Shown one piece after another: positions 1-8,538 of a stretch of 64,000 nucleotides of DNA. A program made the position numbers and the translations under genes. This stretch comes from Minisyncoccia bacterium (GTDB lineage Bacteria > Patescibacteriota > Minisyncoccia > Phycocordibacterales > Phycocordibacteraceae), in contig JBBQZW010000002.1 of the NCBI GenBank assembly GCA_038207395.1, positions 309-64,308 of the forward strand, written 5' to 3'. The notes under the pieces are model-generated. The model had not been told where the DNA came from. It ran no database searches and worked only from the letters and a program-made list of their open reading frames with translations. Within the stretch, counting starts at the first letter, position 1; each line of letters opens with the position of its first letter.

Positions 1-111
1 GCGGTATAGCCAGAAGGCTCTTCCGTTATGCGCTCCGTTTTGCTAGTAATTTCTTCGTAATAAACACGTAAGAGGAGTATATAGGTGTGGGTATAGCCTG
101 TCAACATATAG

Positions 112-152
112 GAAAAGCCCGGCAGACCAGAGGTCTGCCGGGCTTCCCTTTT
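112..152. terminator. GC hairpin (gcccggcagacc/ggtctgccgggc) with A-run and T-run flanks, acting as a bidirectional intrinsic terminator
   Basis: Perfect 12 bp stem with a 3 nt loop, followed by ttccctttt on + and ttttcc on -. It lies immediately downstream of the minus-strand gene ending at 170. Confidence 0.5.
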
Positions 153-169
153 TAGGAGAATCTTTAGAT

Positions 170-853
170 TTATCCCTTCACTTCTTCTCGCATTTTCTCA
201 ATAAAGCGAGCTGCCGCAGTCTGCCCTCCTAGACCAAATGAGAGGCCAAAAGCAAGCGCGAGCGCGACCACAACTCCCGTAAAGAGCGGCTGAATGAAGT
301 CGCTTGCCACCTGGAGGTGATCAAGCGCTGCGAGGATTGCAAAAATCCAGATTGCCCAGCGAGCGAGTGATCCGAGAAGATTTGCTGAACGCAGGTGTGC
401 TGCACGAGCTGAACCTGCAACCACCTTCTGAACAGCATCCGCGAGAACAGCGGCCACCAGAAGGATTAGGACGGCGATGATTACCTGAGGAAGGTAACCA
501 AGTACTACCGTTCGAAGGAAGATGGTTACTTCAGTAAGGTGAAGCACATCGAGTGCGGCGACGAGGAAAACAATAATAAAGAACCACTTCACGAGGAATC
601 CAAGGAACGCACCTGAATCGAGACGAAATCCTGCACGCTCAACGACACGCTCAACACCTGCAGAGTGTAGAGCTTGATCAACCTTGAGTGAACGAACTAC
701 TTGCGCTGCAATTCTTCCAAGACCAGCGCCGATGAGCCAGCCGACCATGAATATAACGAGTGCGGCAAGAATATTAGGAATGAACGCAATGAGGCCATAT
801 GAAAGACCTTGGAACGATTGCGTGAGCACGTCTGCCCAGGTATTAAGAAACAT
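170..853 (-). CDS. Membrane protein with repeated conserved TM-helix motifs (TM_helix / mechanosensitive-channel-associated family)
   Basis: 227 aa ORF with multiple hydrophobic helices and a repeated 'ALVIF/LLVAAVLADAV'-type motif. Resemblance to TM_helix repeat proteins is judged by eye. Confidence 0.45.
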   Translation of the reverse strand: MFLNTWADVLTQSFQGLSYGLIAFIPNILAALVIFMVGWLIGAGLGRIAAQVVRSLKVDQALHSAGVERVVERAGFRLDSGAFLGFLVKWFFIIVFLVAALDVLHLTEVTIFLRTVVLGYLPQVIIAVLILLVAAVLADAVQKVVAGSARAAHLRSANLLGSLARWAIWIFAILAALDHLQVASDFIQPLFTGVVVALALAFGLSFGLGGQTAAARFIEKMREEVKG

Positions 854-973
854 AGTTAGATACGCTTAGTTGCTAAAGCGACCGCAAAGCAGCGGGGCTA
901 CTAAAAGTGTAGCAACTGAAGCGCCGCGTACGCGGCGCTCTGTGGATAGACGAACTAGAGGACCCGAGGGAGT

Positions 974-1585
974 TTAAAGACCCATTCGGTCTAGAAGTAC
1001 CCGGTGCGGGAAATCAAAGATATCACGCAATAGTCGATCATATACACCACGGCGATATTTAAAGTCTTCGGTTGAGAAGGAGGCGAACCTAAGTTCACGT
1101 CCGAGTTCTGCTTCAAGAGCCCGAATAGAAACATCGAGTGCCTTATCCTCTAACTTATCTCCCACGATAAGAAGGTCCACTTTCGTTTCAACGGCACCAG
1201 TGAAAAGTCCTGAGACCACAATCATGCGAACGTTCCCTGCTTTCTTAAGTGACGTGACCATATCTGAATCACTGAGGTTCGTTGTTGATCGAATGAATGA
1301 CTGCAACGCTTCGTAGTACGGAAACTTTCGGTTCGTTTGGTACTGTGCAGGACCCTTCCCTGCCTTCTTACGTATAAGGCCCGCAGCTACAAGTACATTC
1401 AATTCTTTACGGACAGCATCTTTTGCTACCTTTGTCCTAAAGGCAATATCAATGAGCGTTAAGGACAAATCATCATTAAAAAGAAATAAGCGGAGAAGCT
1501 TGAGACGGGCAAACGAACCGAAAAGGCGGGAGAGAGGATCCATGGCAGTACGCCCATTGTACCGATTTAAAAATGGTTTGCGCAA
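974..1585 (-). CDS. Hypothetical protein with an N-terminal winged-helix-like segment
   Basis: 203 aa ORF. The segment LKLLRLFLFNDDLSLTLIDIAFRTKVAKDAVRKELNVLVAAGLI resembles ArsR/MarR-type wHTH. No further assignment is possible. Confidence 0.4.
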   Translation of the reverse strand: MRKPFLNRYNGRTAMDPLSRLFGSFARLKLLRLFLFNDDLSLTLIDIAFRTKVAKDAVRKELNVLVAAGLIRKKAGKGPAQYQTNRKFPYYEALQSFIRSTTNLSDSDMVTSLKKAGNVRMIVVSGLFTGAVETKVDLLIVGDKLEDKALDVSIRALEAELGRELRFASFSTEDFKYRRGVYDRLLRDIFDFPHRVLLDRMGL

Positions 1586-1606
1586 GGAGCTAAATAGTGG
1601 CGGTAT

Positions 1607-2188
1607 TTAATCCTCAGGAATCTCCGGTGGAACATGTTTCCAGATGAACCACCCAACAAAGAAAGCTATCAAGACAAAGACTCCAAAACCAATCTTGGTA
1701 ATGTAAGAATCTATCGTCCTGTACTGTGATCCCACAAGATACCCGACCAGCAGAAGAACAAGGGACTTAGGAACAGTGCCGAGAAGGTTGTACCAAAAGA
1801 ATGTTCTAAGCGGGACTCGAACGGCACCTGCGGTAACTAATACGATAAATCCTGCCGAATGAGTAAGCTTCGCAAAGAGTAATGTGCGTCCTGGATTCTT
1901 TGAGAGATAGGTACTGGCACGCTTTACATATTCTTTTCTGCCAGTAAATGAACCTACGCGAGTTCCGAATACTCTACGACCCCACCTCCCCGCGGCATAA
2001 GCAATACCATCACCACAAAGATCACCCAGTACAAGAAGTACATATATAAGGGGTCCGTATACGTATCCTTCTGCCGTCAAGAATCCAGCGATAATACTTA
2101 CGATTGGACCTTCGACTATTGCTAGCGGGAATACCAGAAGATACCCATACGAAGTGAGGAGATGGACAACGACATCGGGACTTGGCAT
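1607..2188 (-). CDS. DedA/SNARE-associated family membrane protein
   Basis: 193 aa ORF with multiple TM segments and the characteristic VFPLAIVEGPIVSIIAGFL core. Confidence 0.65.
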   Translation of the reverse strand: MPSPDVVVHLLTSYGYLLVFPLAIVEGPIVSIIAGFLTAEGYVYGPLIYVLLVLGDLCGDGIAYAAGRWGRRVFGTRVGSFTGRKEYVKRASTYLSKNPGRTLLFAKLTHSAGFIVLVTAGAVRVPLRTFFWYNLLGTVPKSLVLLLVGYLVGSQYRTIDSYITKIGFGVFVLIAFFVGWFIWKHVPPEIPED

Positions 2189-2207
2189 AGGAATATAGTT
2201 CGTGTTC

Positions 2208-2885
2208 CTATCTTACTCTTAGTAACCGCATTGCATAGAACTGCTTGAAAAGTTTCGTGACACTAGTGGTGTGTAGTATGTCCGTAACCATACCCACATC
2301 CCCTTCCAGGCCACGCGAGAATCCGTACTTACGATACTTAAGCGGACTTTCAACGTTTGGCCATGACACAACCGCAATTCGTAAATTCTGCTCTATTATT
2401 TTTGCATTCATATACGTCTCTAAGGCAAATGGCGATAGCGTAGGTAACACATCTATATATTCCATAAGTAGACTACGAGGAACCATCCTCTCTCCGGAGA
2501 TTGGATCTATACCAAATAATCTCCAAGGCTTAAAACGTAAACTTATAGAAATATCAGCTCTCCCCTCTAGCACCGGTCTTAGTAATTGGACGATATCTTC
2601 CGCCGCAAGCTCAAGAAGGTCTGCATCCAGTAAGACAAGATAGTCACCACTTGAATGAAGTAATCCAGTAGCAATAGCTGCTGTTTTGCCTCTATTTTCT
2701 GAATGGGTAAGAAGTTGTATGGTTGGGAATTTTTGAGTAATGCTTGAAATATCATCTTCAGAAGAGTCATCCACCACAACTATCTCTGTAATTTCTTTCA
2801 CTTTTACTACTGCCTTAAGTACTCCCTCGATTCGTGCCGCTTCGTTGTATGCAGGAATGATGCAACTAATGCGTGGAGTTGTCAT
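2208..2885 (-). CDS. Family 2 glycosyltransferase (dolichyl-phosphate sugar transferase-like)
   Basis: N-terminal ISCIIPAYNEA...VVDDSSED motif typical of GT2 and a DxD-like LLDAD. Confidence 0.75.
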   Translation of the reverse strand: MTTPRISCIIPAYNEAARIEGVLKAVVKVKEITEIVVVDDSSEDDISSITQKFPTIQLLTHSENRGKTAAIATGLLHSSGDYLVLLDADLLELAAEDIVQLLRPVLEGRADISISLRFKPWRLFGIDPISGERMVPRSLLMEYIDVLPTLSPFALETYMNAKIIEQNLRIAVVSWPNVESPLKYRKYGFSRGLEGDVGMVTDILHTTSVTKLFKQFYAMRLLRVR

Positions 2886-2888
2886 AGA

Positions 2889-3659
2889 CTATCTGATATC
2901 CGAGTAGGCTGAGCTGACTGGCTTTCCTGTAAACACAATGGCAAAGAAATTTATGAGATAGGCATACGCCACACTGACAAAACCTTCTTCTTTAAACCTG
3001 CGTCCAGATGTCGGCATAGTTATCTTTGAGGTGAAGATTACTTTCCCGAAAGCATGTGCTCTTCGTGCAATGTCAGTATCTTCGCCATAAAAAGCTATGT
3101 TTTCGTCAAACCCGCCCATCTGCAGCACTACTGCTTTACGTATAGCAAAGTTCCCTCCTGTTGCCATATACCCGAGGAAAAAATAAAGCGGCATAGCAAA
3201 TTTGTACCAAAGCCACACTAAATATTGATTGAAGACCGGAATATCGTAGTACTGATACGGACCGCTCATGCAGGCAAGTTTCTCATTATCTTCAAAAGCT
3301 TTCCGTACTTTTTTTGCCCAGCCAGGCGGCATTCGTGTATCGGCATCTATGTACGCAAGCACATCGCCTGTTGCTACCATAAGGCCGCGTTGACGAGCTT
3401 TCGTTAGTCCTTTTTCTAATTCAGAAACTACTTGCACGTCAGGAAATGATTCAGCAATACTTCGGGTTGTATCAGTACAATTATTATCTACAACAATAAC
3501 TTCCTTAAAAATACCGTTACTGTTCTTAGATACTGATTCTAGGCATGCGGCTATGTACTTTTCTTCATTGTAGGCTGGAATTATAAGACTAATGGAGAGC
3601 GGCTCGCGCTTAGGTAGCATGTTGCTAGCAGTATACCAAAAACGAACAAAGCCCCGCAC
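2889..3659 (-). CDS. Family 2 glycosyltransferase
   Basis: SLIIPAYNEEKYI...VVDNNCTDTT and YIDADT motifs. The true start may be the internal Met at about 3620. Confidence 0.75.
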   Translation of the reverse strand: MRGFVRFWYTASNMLPKREPLSISLIIPAYNEEKYIAACLESVSKNSNGIFKEVIVVDNNCTDTTRSIAESFPDVQVVSELEKGLTKARQRGLMVATGDVLAYIDADTRMPPGWAKKVRKAFEDNEKLACMSGPYQYYDIPVFNQYLVWLWYKFAMPLYFFLGYMATGGNFAIRKAVVLQMGGFDENIAFYGEDTDIARRAHAFGKVIFTSKITMPTSGRRFKEEGFVSVAYAYLINFFAIVFTGKPVSSAYSDIR

Positions 3660-3684
3660 TACGTGCGGGGCTTTGTTCGTTTTT
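3638..3684. terminator. Bidirectional intrinsic terminator (perfect palindrome aaaaacgaacaaagccccgcac / gtgcggggctttgttcgttttt)
   Basis: 22 bp perfect stem with a 3 nt loop, an A-tract upstream and a T-tract downstream. It sits between the GT2 gene start and the rplL stop. Confidence 0.7.
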
Positions 3685-3693
3685 AACGGAAGG

Positions 3694-4185
3694 TTACTTA
3701 AGAGTTACTTTTCCGCCTGCTTCTTCAAGTTTTGCCTTGAGAGCAGCACCGTCTTCCTTACTGATACCTTCCTTCAACATAGAAGGAACGCCATCAACGA
3801 GGTCCTTGGCTTCCTTGAGTCCAAGAGCAAGTATTTCCTTAACTGCCTTAATAACGGCAATCTTGTTTGCACCTGCGTCAGTGAGCTCAACGTTTACGGT
3901 TGATTTTTCATCTTCAGCCGCTGCGCCACCGGCAGCAGGGCCTGCAACAGCAACCGCTGCTGCTGATACACCAAACTTCTTCTCGAAGACCTTCACGAGC
4001 TCAGAAAGCTCCATGACACTCATCTTCTCGATTTCGCTAACGATTGACTTGAACTTAGCAGGAACCTCAACTTCTGCTTCCGCAGCAGCTGGCGCTTCCA
4101 CCTTTGTCTCTTCTACAGGAGCAGCTGCTTCCTCTACAGGAGCGGCTTCTACGGTAGCTTCGGTTGTTACTTCTTCTTCAGCCAT
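3694..4185 (-). CDS. rplL: 50S ribosomal protein L7/L12 with an Ala/Glu/Val-rich N-terminal extension
   Basis: C-terminal domain ...[28 protein letters not shown]...EAGGKVTLK is the canonical L12 CTD. It lies directly downstream of rplJ. Confidence 0.9.
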   Translation of the reverse strand: MAEEEVTTEATVEAAPVEEAAAPVEETKVEAPAAAEAEVEVPAKFKSIVSEIEKMSVMELSELVKVFEKKFGVSAAAVAVAGPAAGGAAAEDEKSTVNVELTDAGANKIAVIKAVKEILALGLKEAKDLVDGVPSMLKEGISKEDGAALKAKLEEAGGKVTLK

Positions 4186-4208
4186 ATAATTGTTCTAAAT
4201 TTCTAAAG

Positions 4209-4703
4209 TTACGCCGTCTTCTTCTGCGCAATCTGGTCGAGCGCAATAACAAGTCCCTGAATTGGACTGTTAAGTACGTTGACGAACATACCACGGAGGA
4301 CTGGTACCGGCGGAATTGTTGCTATAGCGCGCATTCCTGTAGCGTCCAAGAAACTGTTTTCGAACACCCCTCCCATGATTGAGAGTGAATCCTTATGCTT
4401 CTTGCCGGCTTCAAAGATGCCACGTGCTGCGGCGGTTGCGTCATCGTTAGACCACGCCAGAGCGAGTTCACCTGGCATATCAGGAAGTGATCCTTCATAG
4501 CCATTTGAGGTGAGCACACGCTTAACGAGTGTCTTCTTTGCAACGTAGTAGCCGACGCCTTCTTCTTTAAGAGCCTTACGCATTGCTGAGGTGTCAGCAA
4601 CTGAAAGACCCTTGAAGTTAACGAAGACAACAGACACTGCGTCCTTGAGCGAATCCGTCACCTTAGCGACAATGTCCTCTTTTTTTGTTTTGGTAATTGC
4701 CAT
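4209..4703 (-). CDS. rplJ: 50S ribosomal protein L10
   Basis: MAITKTKKEDIVAKVTDSLKDAVSVVFVNFKGLSVADTSAMRKALKEEGVGYYVAKKTLVKR is the canonical L10 N-terminus, in rplJ-rplL order. Confidence 0.9.
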   Translation of the reverse strand: MAITKTKKEDIVAKVTDSLKDAVSVVFVNFKGLSVADTSAMRKALKEEGVGYYVAKKTLVKRVLTSNGYEGSLPDMPGELALAWSNDDATAAARGIFEAGKKHKDSLSIMGGVFENSFLDATGMRAIATIPPVPVLRGMFVNVLNSPIQGLVIALDQIAQKKTA

Positions 4704-4912
4704 AATTTGGTTTTGATTCGTACGGCGAAACGGAAGATGGTCCGGGCTTGTGTGCCAGGACCATTTCCATAGAGGGGAGAACCACGGTGCGAGTAACCTC
4801 GTAGAGCGTAGTTTCGTTCCTCGGCCAGGCTTCTGGGAACACCTTTCGGCAATTCACCTGCTGGCTGTCTGCGGTCCGTACTTCCCTACCATACCGTACG
4901 TGACTATATAAC
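4704..4912 (-). promoter_or_regulatory. Long (about 200 nt) structured 5' UTR of rplJ, a candidate L10-leader autoregulatory element
   Basis: A GC-balanced, hairpin-rich 200 nt non-coding stretch lies between a terminator and the rplJ start. Across bacteria the rplJ leader is an L10(L12)4-binding RNA. No covariance-model search could be run. Confidence 0.35.
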
Positions 4913-4942
4913 GCAAAAGCCCCGCCGAGGCGGGGCTTTTGC
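4913..4942. terminator. Bidirectional intrinsic terminator (gcaaaa-GCCCCGCC gag GCGGGGC-ttttgc)
   Basis: 8 bp GC stem with a symmetric gcaaaa/ttttgc flank, downstream of the 670 aa surface-protein gene (minus strand). Confidence 0.7.
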
Positions 4943-5000
4943 TTACCAGGTTACTCTTTCGAGTTTACCTGTTCATAAGTGAGTCCGTTAGGACATCAGC

Positions 5001-7013
5001 TTATGGACGTGTCTTTGAGACAGTTACGTAGTTAACGTTCGTCGTGTAGTCGTTAGTGACGGTGCTTCCACCTGAGGTGTAAACAACGCTGTTAAGACGT
5101 ACAGAGTAGTCAGCTGATGGAAGATCAGAAGCTACAACAGTCTCGCCGGTTGCATCAACCTTGAATGTAACAGGGATGGATACCGTTGCATTGCGAGGAA
5201 GAGTGAATCCGAATGCTGAGAAGTTCGTTGTACCTGTTGGCTGTGTAGCTGGGTAGAACGTGCTTCGTGTAGCAGACGTGTTTCCTAGTACAACACCGTT
5301 CTTAAGAAGAACGAAGTTGAAGCTAGTCGTAGCGTTTCCAAACGTCGCGTCTGCACCGATAGCCGTAAGGTTAACGTTGAAGACTGATGAGAGGTGAGCT
5401 TCCGTTGTAGAACCTGCTGTTGACTTAGACGTCGTGATATCGATAGTCTTTGTGTCAAGAGTAAGTACTACACCCTTAGCAACGAGGGTCATTACTTCGC
5501 CAGCGCCAGTTGCAAGTGAGGTCGAACTGATTGTGCGACCTGTTCCTGTTGACTCAGCTGAAGTTACGCTAACATTTCCAACCTTGATAGTAGCTCCGCT
5601 CGTTACTGAACGGAAGTCTGCCTTAAGAAGGTAAGTCTTGTATGCATCCTTAGTGAGAGTCTGGTTGATTGACGTGAACAAGTAGATACCATTTGAGTCA
5701 GCTGATGCTGAAGCAATTGATGTTGATCCGTCGTAGAGGTAAAGAGTCTGTAGGTTTGCAGATGAGGTAGCTGTGTTTGCAACAGTTACGCTAAGATCAC
5801 GCATAAGTACATTGTCTTTTTCAGCAAGAAGGCGGAATGAACCAACTTCTTCCATGTCTACTTCGTTGTTGTTTGCACCCTTGTTAGCAACGATCGTAGC
5901 GGCCTTGCGAACGCTAGGGTCAGTTGAAACGGTAAGAGTTGCAGTGTCAGAAAGGTTTGAAGAAACCGTTACTGACTGAGTGATGTTTTGTGCACCACTT
6001 GAGTACTGGTCGATACCTGCACCGTCAGTAGCACGGATTGCATCAGTTTCGTAGAAGCTGAATGTCTTTGATCCCTGGTACTGAGTGCTGATGCTTGGGT
6101 AAAGATCAACCTTTACGTAGAGAGGTAGTTTCTGATCCTTCTTTACAAGGTAGTCGAATCCAGAAAGCGTTACATAGTATGTAGGAATTGTTCCTGATAC
6201 ACGAGTAACGGTTGATGAATTCAAGTCCTGTGAAGCAAGAACGTTTCCACTTCCATCAGTGAGGTAGATGCGGCTGTAAAGCTTGGTGTATGAGTCAGTC
6301 GTTGTTCCGAGGTTTACACGGACACGGCTAACAAGTACGTCTGAGCTCTTTGCCTCAACACGTACACCGAGAACTGCAGCTTTTGAGTCACCTTCGTAAA
6401 GGTTTGTCTTAATACCTGAAGTTTCCTTCTCGATGTTGATGGTTCCTTCAGCTCCAACGGTAGTGATACTGCCATTTGTAGTTGTAGTTGTAGTTGTTCC
6501 GCTTGAACAAGAAACACCTGTTGTTGGGCTGAATCCTGCAGTTGAAAGACAACCTGCTGGAAGACTCGTGCTTGTTGCACAAGAAGCACCAGTTGTTGGG
6601 CTGAATCCTGCAGTTGACGTACAACCTGCTGGGAGACCAGTTGTTGTTGTCGTAGTGCTTGAACCGTTAGCAGCTACCTGGGCGCGAGTGATCGGACCGA
6701 AGTAACCTACTGCTGGAGAAATACCTACTGAAGCCTGGTAAGAACCAAGAGCTGCCTTCGTCTGTGCTCCGAAGTATCCGGTTGCGCCAGCGGCGATGGT
6801 GAAGCCCTTGTTGATAAGCCACGTCTGAAGTGCAGTTACATCAGCACCGGTTGAACCGATGGTGAGGTTACGCGTAAACGTAGCTGAAGCGGTCGTAGTA
6901 GTTGTTGTTGTCGTTGTCTGTGCTCCTGCGAAAGGAACGAAAGACGTAGCGACGAGGGCGAGCCCTGCAACTGCTGCTGCGACACGTGCAACATTGTTGG
7001 TTGCTGTAGTCAT
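5001..7013 (-). CDS. Secreted cell-surface protein, Thr-rich, with a peptidoglycan-binding-like domain and Cys-containing tandem modules
   Basis: Signal peptide MTTATNNVARVAAAVAGLALVATS. PG_binding_1-like segment TALQTWLINKGFTIAAGATGYFGAQTKAALGSYQ. Two tandem LPAGCxSTAGFSPTTGxSC modules are encoded by a near-perfect nucleotide duplication (about 6514-6560 and 6592-6640). Poly-Thr linkers are present. Confidence 0.65.
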   Translation of the reverse strand: MTTATNNVARVAAAVAGLALVATSFVPFAGAQTTTTTTTTTASATFTRNLTIGSTGADVTALQTWLINKGFTIAAGATGYFGAQTKAALGSYQASVGISPAVGYFGPITRAQVAANGSSTTTTTTGLPAGCTSTAGFSPTTGASCATSTSLPAGCLSTAGFSPTTGVSCSSGTTTTTTTNGSITTVGAEGTINIEKETSGIKTNLYEGDSKAAVLGVRVEAKSSDVLVSRVRVNLGTTTDSYTKLYSRIYLTDGSGNVLASQDLNSSTVTRVSGTIPTYYVTLSGFDYLVKKDQKLPLYVKVDLYPSISTQYQGSKTFSFYETDAIRATDGAGIDQYSSGAQNITQSVTVSSNLSDTATLTVSTDPSVRKAATIVANKGANNNEVDMEEVGSFRLLAEKDNVLMRDLSVTVANTATSSANLQTLYLYDGSTSIASASADSNGIYLFTSINQTLTKDAYKTYLLKADFRSVTSGATIKVGNVSVTSAESTGTGRTISSTSLATGAGEVMTLVAKGVVLTLDTKTIDITTSKSTAGSTTEAHLSSVFNVNLTAIGADATFGNATTSFNFVLLKNGVVLGNTSATRSTFYPATQPTGTTNFSAFGFTLPRNATVSIPVTFKVDATGETVVASDLPSADYSVRLNSVVYTSGGSTVTNDYTTNVNYVTVSKTRP

Positions 7014-7600
7014 AACAATTTTTTAAGTTTTTTGTGAACGGAAGCGTGACGATGCGATTAGGTATAGAAGGTGCATCGTACACACTCACGCGGTTTTATA
7101 ATTTCGATAAACGGAACATTCTTTCACACTATCCAACAGGGCGCATTGTCGACTCACGTCCCATCGGTTAGTTAGCAAACGCCATAAGCAATTCTGAGTC
7201 CATCCGTATAATCAAGTGCTTCAGTGCTGATGCCCGCCTCTATATATACAGACGGGCGGGCCGCATAAGGCTTACACGCTGAGTTATTAGCATGTGCCTT
7301 TGCGGCCTAACATTCTGCGCGGAACTACCCGCGCTATGGGTCCGACTATTTTTCGCACAGGGCGAATGAATAGCGGATGAATGTCAAAGTTCACTATCGT
7401 TCAGAATACGCACCATCCATTTCGGGATACTTATACAGTATAGCGAGTAGATATGCGTATTCCCGGTATTAAGAATGTGGATAACTACCTGATTACACGC
7501 CTAGGAGAAAGCAACGGAGTGCTTCCCAGGGAGAGAAATCAGGCCGCTACGACACCCAAGAAAGGTACCATTTTCATGAAGCGAAGTCAATGGCTGGCTA

Positions 7601-8386
7601 TTAAGGTGCGGCTGAGTAACTTGTCCAACGACGCTCCCCTGTTTTAACGACCTGCCCAGTATCTATGAGTGCTTGAAGCTCGCGCTGAATAGTTTTTTCA
7701 CTCACGTCTCGGATAAGCATTGATATATCTTTTATATAGGAAGGACCCTTCGATGTGAGTATTGAAAGTATGGCTTCACGACGATCCTGAGTCTTGTCTT
7801 TTATATGTCCTATAGATTGTCCTTTAGGATTTATTGCTGCTTTTTGTGCACGAGGACTTGGTACTCGAACTGGATCTGGAACGCGGGACTGATTTCCAAT
7901 CAAGCGCTCTGCTCCCACTTCTTTAGCGAGCGCAGCGAGCGAAGGTACCTCATCAAGAAAAAGACGAGGTTCTTCATAGGTGGCGATTTCCTGCAGGAGT
8001 TGCTGAGCCTCACGCGAGATTAGATCAGTGTTCATTGCTGATAGAAGTCCTCCGGTACGCGCTATCGACAAAACGCTTGAGAGAGCTAGAAGTTCGCGAG
8101 ACATGCTGTCACGCGCACTGAACGGAGGAAGTATCGCAGCCTCCACAAGCCCAACAGCAATACTATCCATCTTGTCGCGGAGAGCAGGTGCAGTGCGGAA
8201 CGCAGGTGAGACTAGATGAATCGCTTTTGCGAGTCGTTCTGCTTTTTTGTAGATATACACGCGACGTATGTCTTTTTCAAATATGTTTGAAAATATACTC
8301 TTTTCTAAGACAAAGTTATCAGATGCCGAACGAACGTCACTTCCTTTCGGATGAGAGAGTTCTTTATCGTGTCCTTTATTGTCCAT
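7601..8386 (-). CDS. Hypothetical protein with a C-terminal DeoR/HrcA-like winged HTH
   Basis: C-terminus ILSILTSKGPSYIKDISMLIRDVSEKTIQRELQALIDTGQVVKTGERRW matches the wHTH pattern. The N-terminal 190 aa are unassigned. Confidence 0.45.
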   Translation of the reverse strand: MDNKGHDKELSHPKGSDVRSASDNFVLEKSIFSNIFEKDIRRVYIYKKAERLAKAIHLVSPAFRTAPALRDKMDSIAVGLVEAAILPPFSARDSMSRELLALSSVLSIARTGGLLSAMNTDLISREAQQLLQEIATYEEPRLFLDEVPSLAALAKEVGAERLIGNQSRVPDPVRVPSPRAQKAAINPKGQSIGHIKDKTQDRREAILSILTSKGPSYIKDISMLIRDVSEKTIQRELQALIDTGQVVKTGERRWTSYSAAP

Positions 8387-8538
8387 AAGAATGTATATAA
8401 GACATAGTTACTGGTTAGGGACAGTATATACGCATACCAGTAATTGCAAAGGACACTTACTCGGGCCTGGTAGTACCACGTTCATACTCCCTCTCTGTTG
8501 ACGTACGTTTTGTGAGGAAATGCTAAAATAGGTAGGTA

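Noticed and set aside
3737-4189. Antisense and alternative-frame ORFs inside well-supported genes. These include 3737..4189+, 4279..4500+, 6433..6705+, 9027..9359-, 11120..11836-, 19554..19878+, 20596..21051+, 22560..23188+, 25324..25725+, 27942..28361+, 29085..29465+, 56274..56750+ and 61788..62315-.
   Set aside because: Each lies entirely within a longer ORF on the opposite strand or another frame that has clear homology (ribosomal proteins, aaRS, FtsK, RecA and so on). Their translations are low-complexity (Ala/Ser/Thr/Arg-rich), typical of shadow ORFs in moderately GC-rich DNA.
7453-7647. 64 aa +strand ORF in the long intergenic region.
   Set aside because: No SD sequence. It overlaps the 3' end of the minus-strand gene 7601..8386 and has no motif. 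It is treated as non-coding.
8498-8529. Putative sigma-70 promoter for ftsK (TTGACG ... TAAAAT).
   Set aside because: The spacer between the best -35 and -10 candidates is about 20 nt, which is too long for confidence, so it is not reported as a feature.
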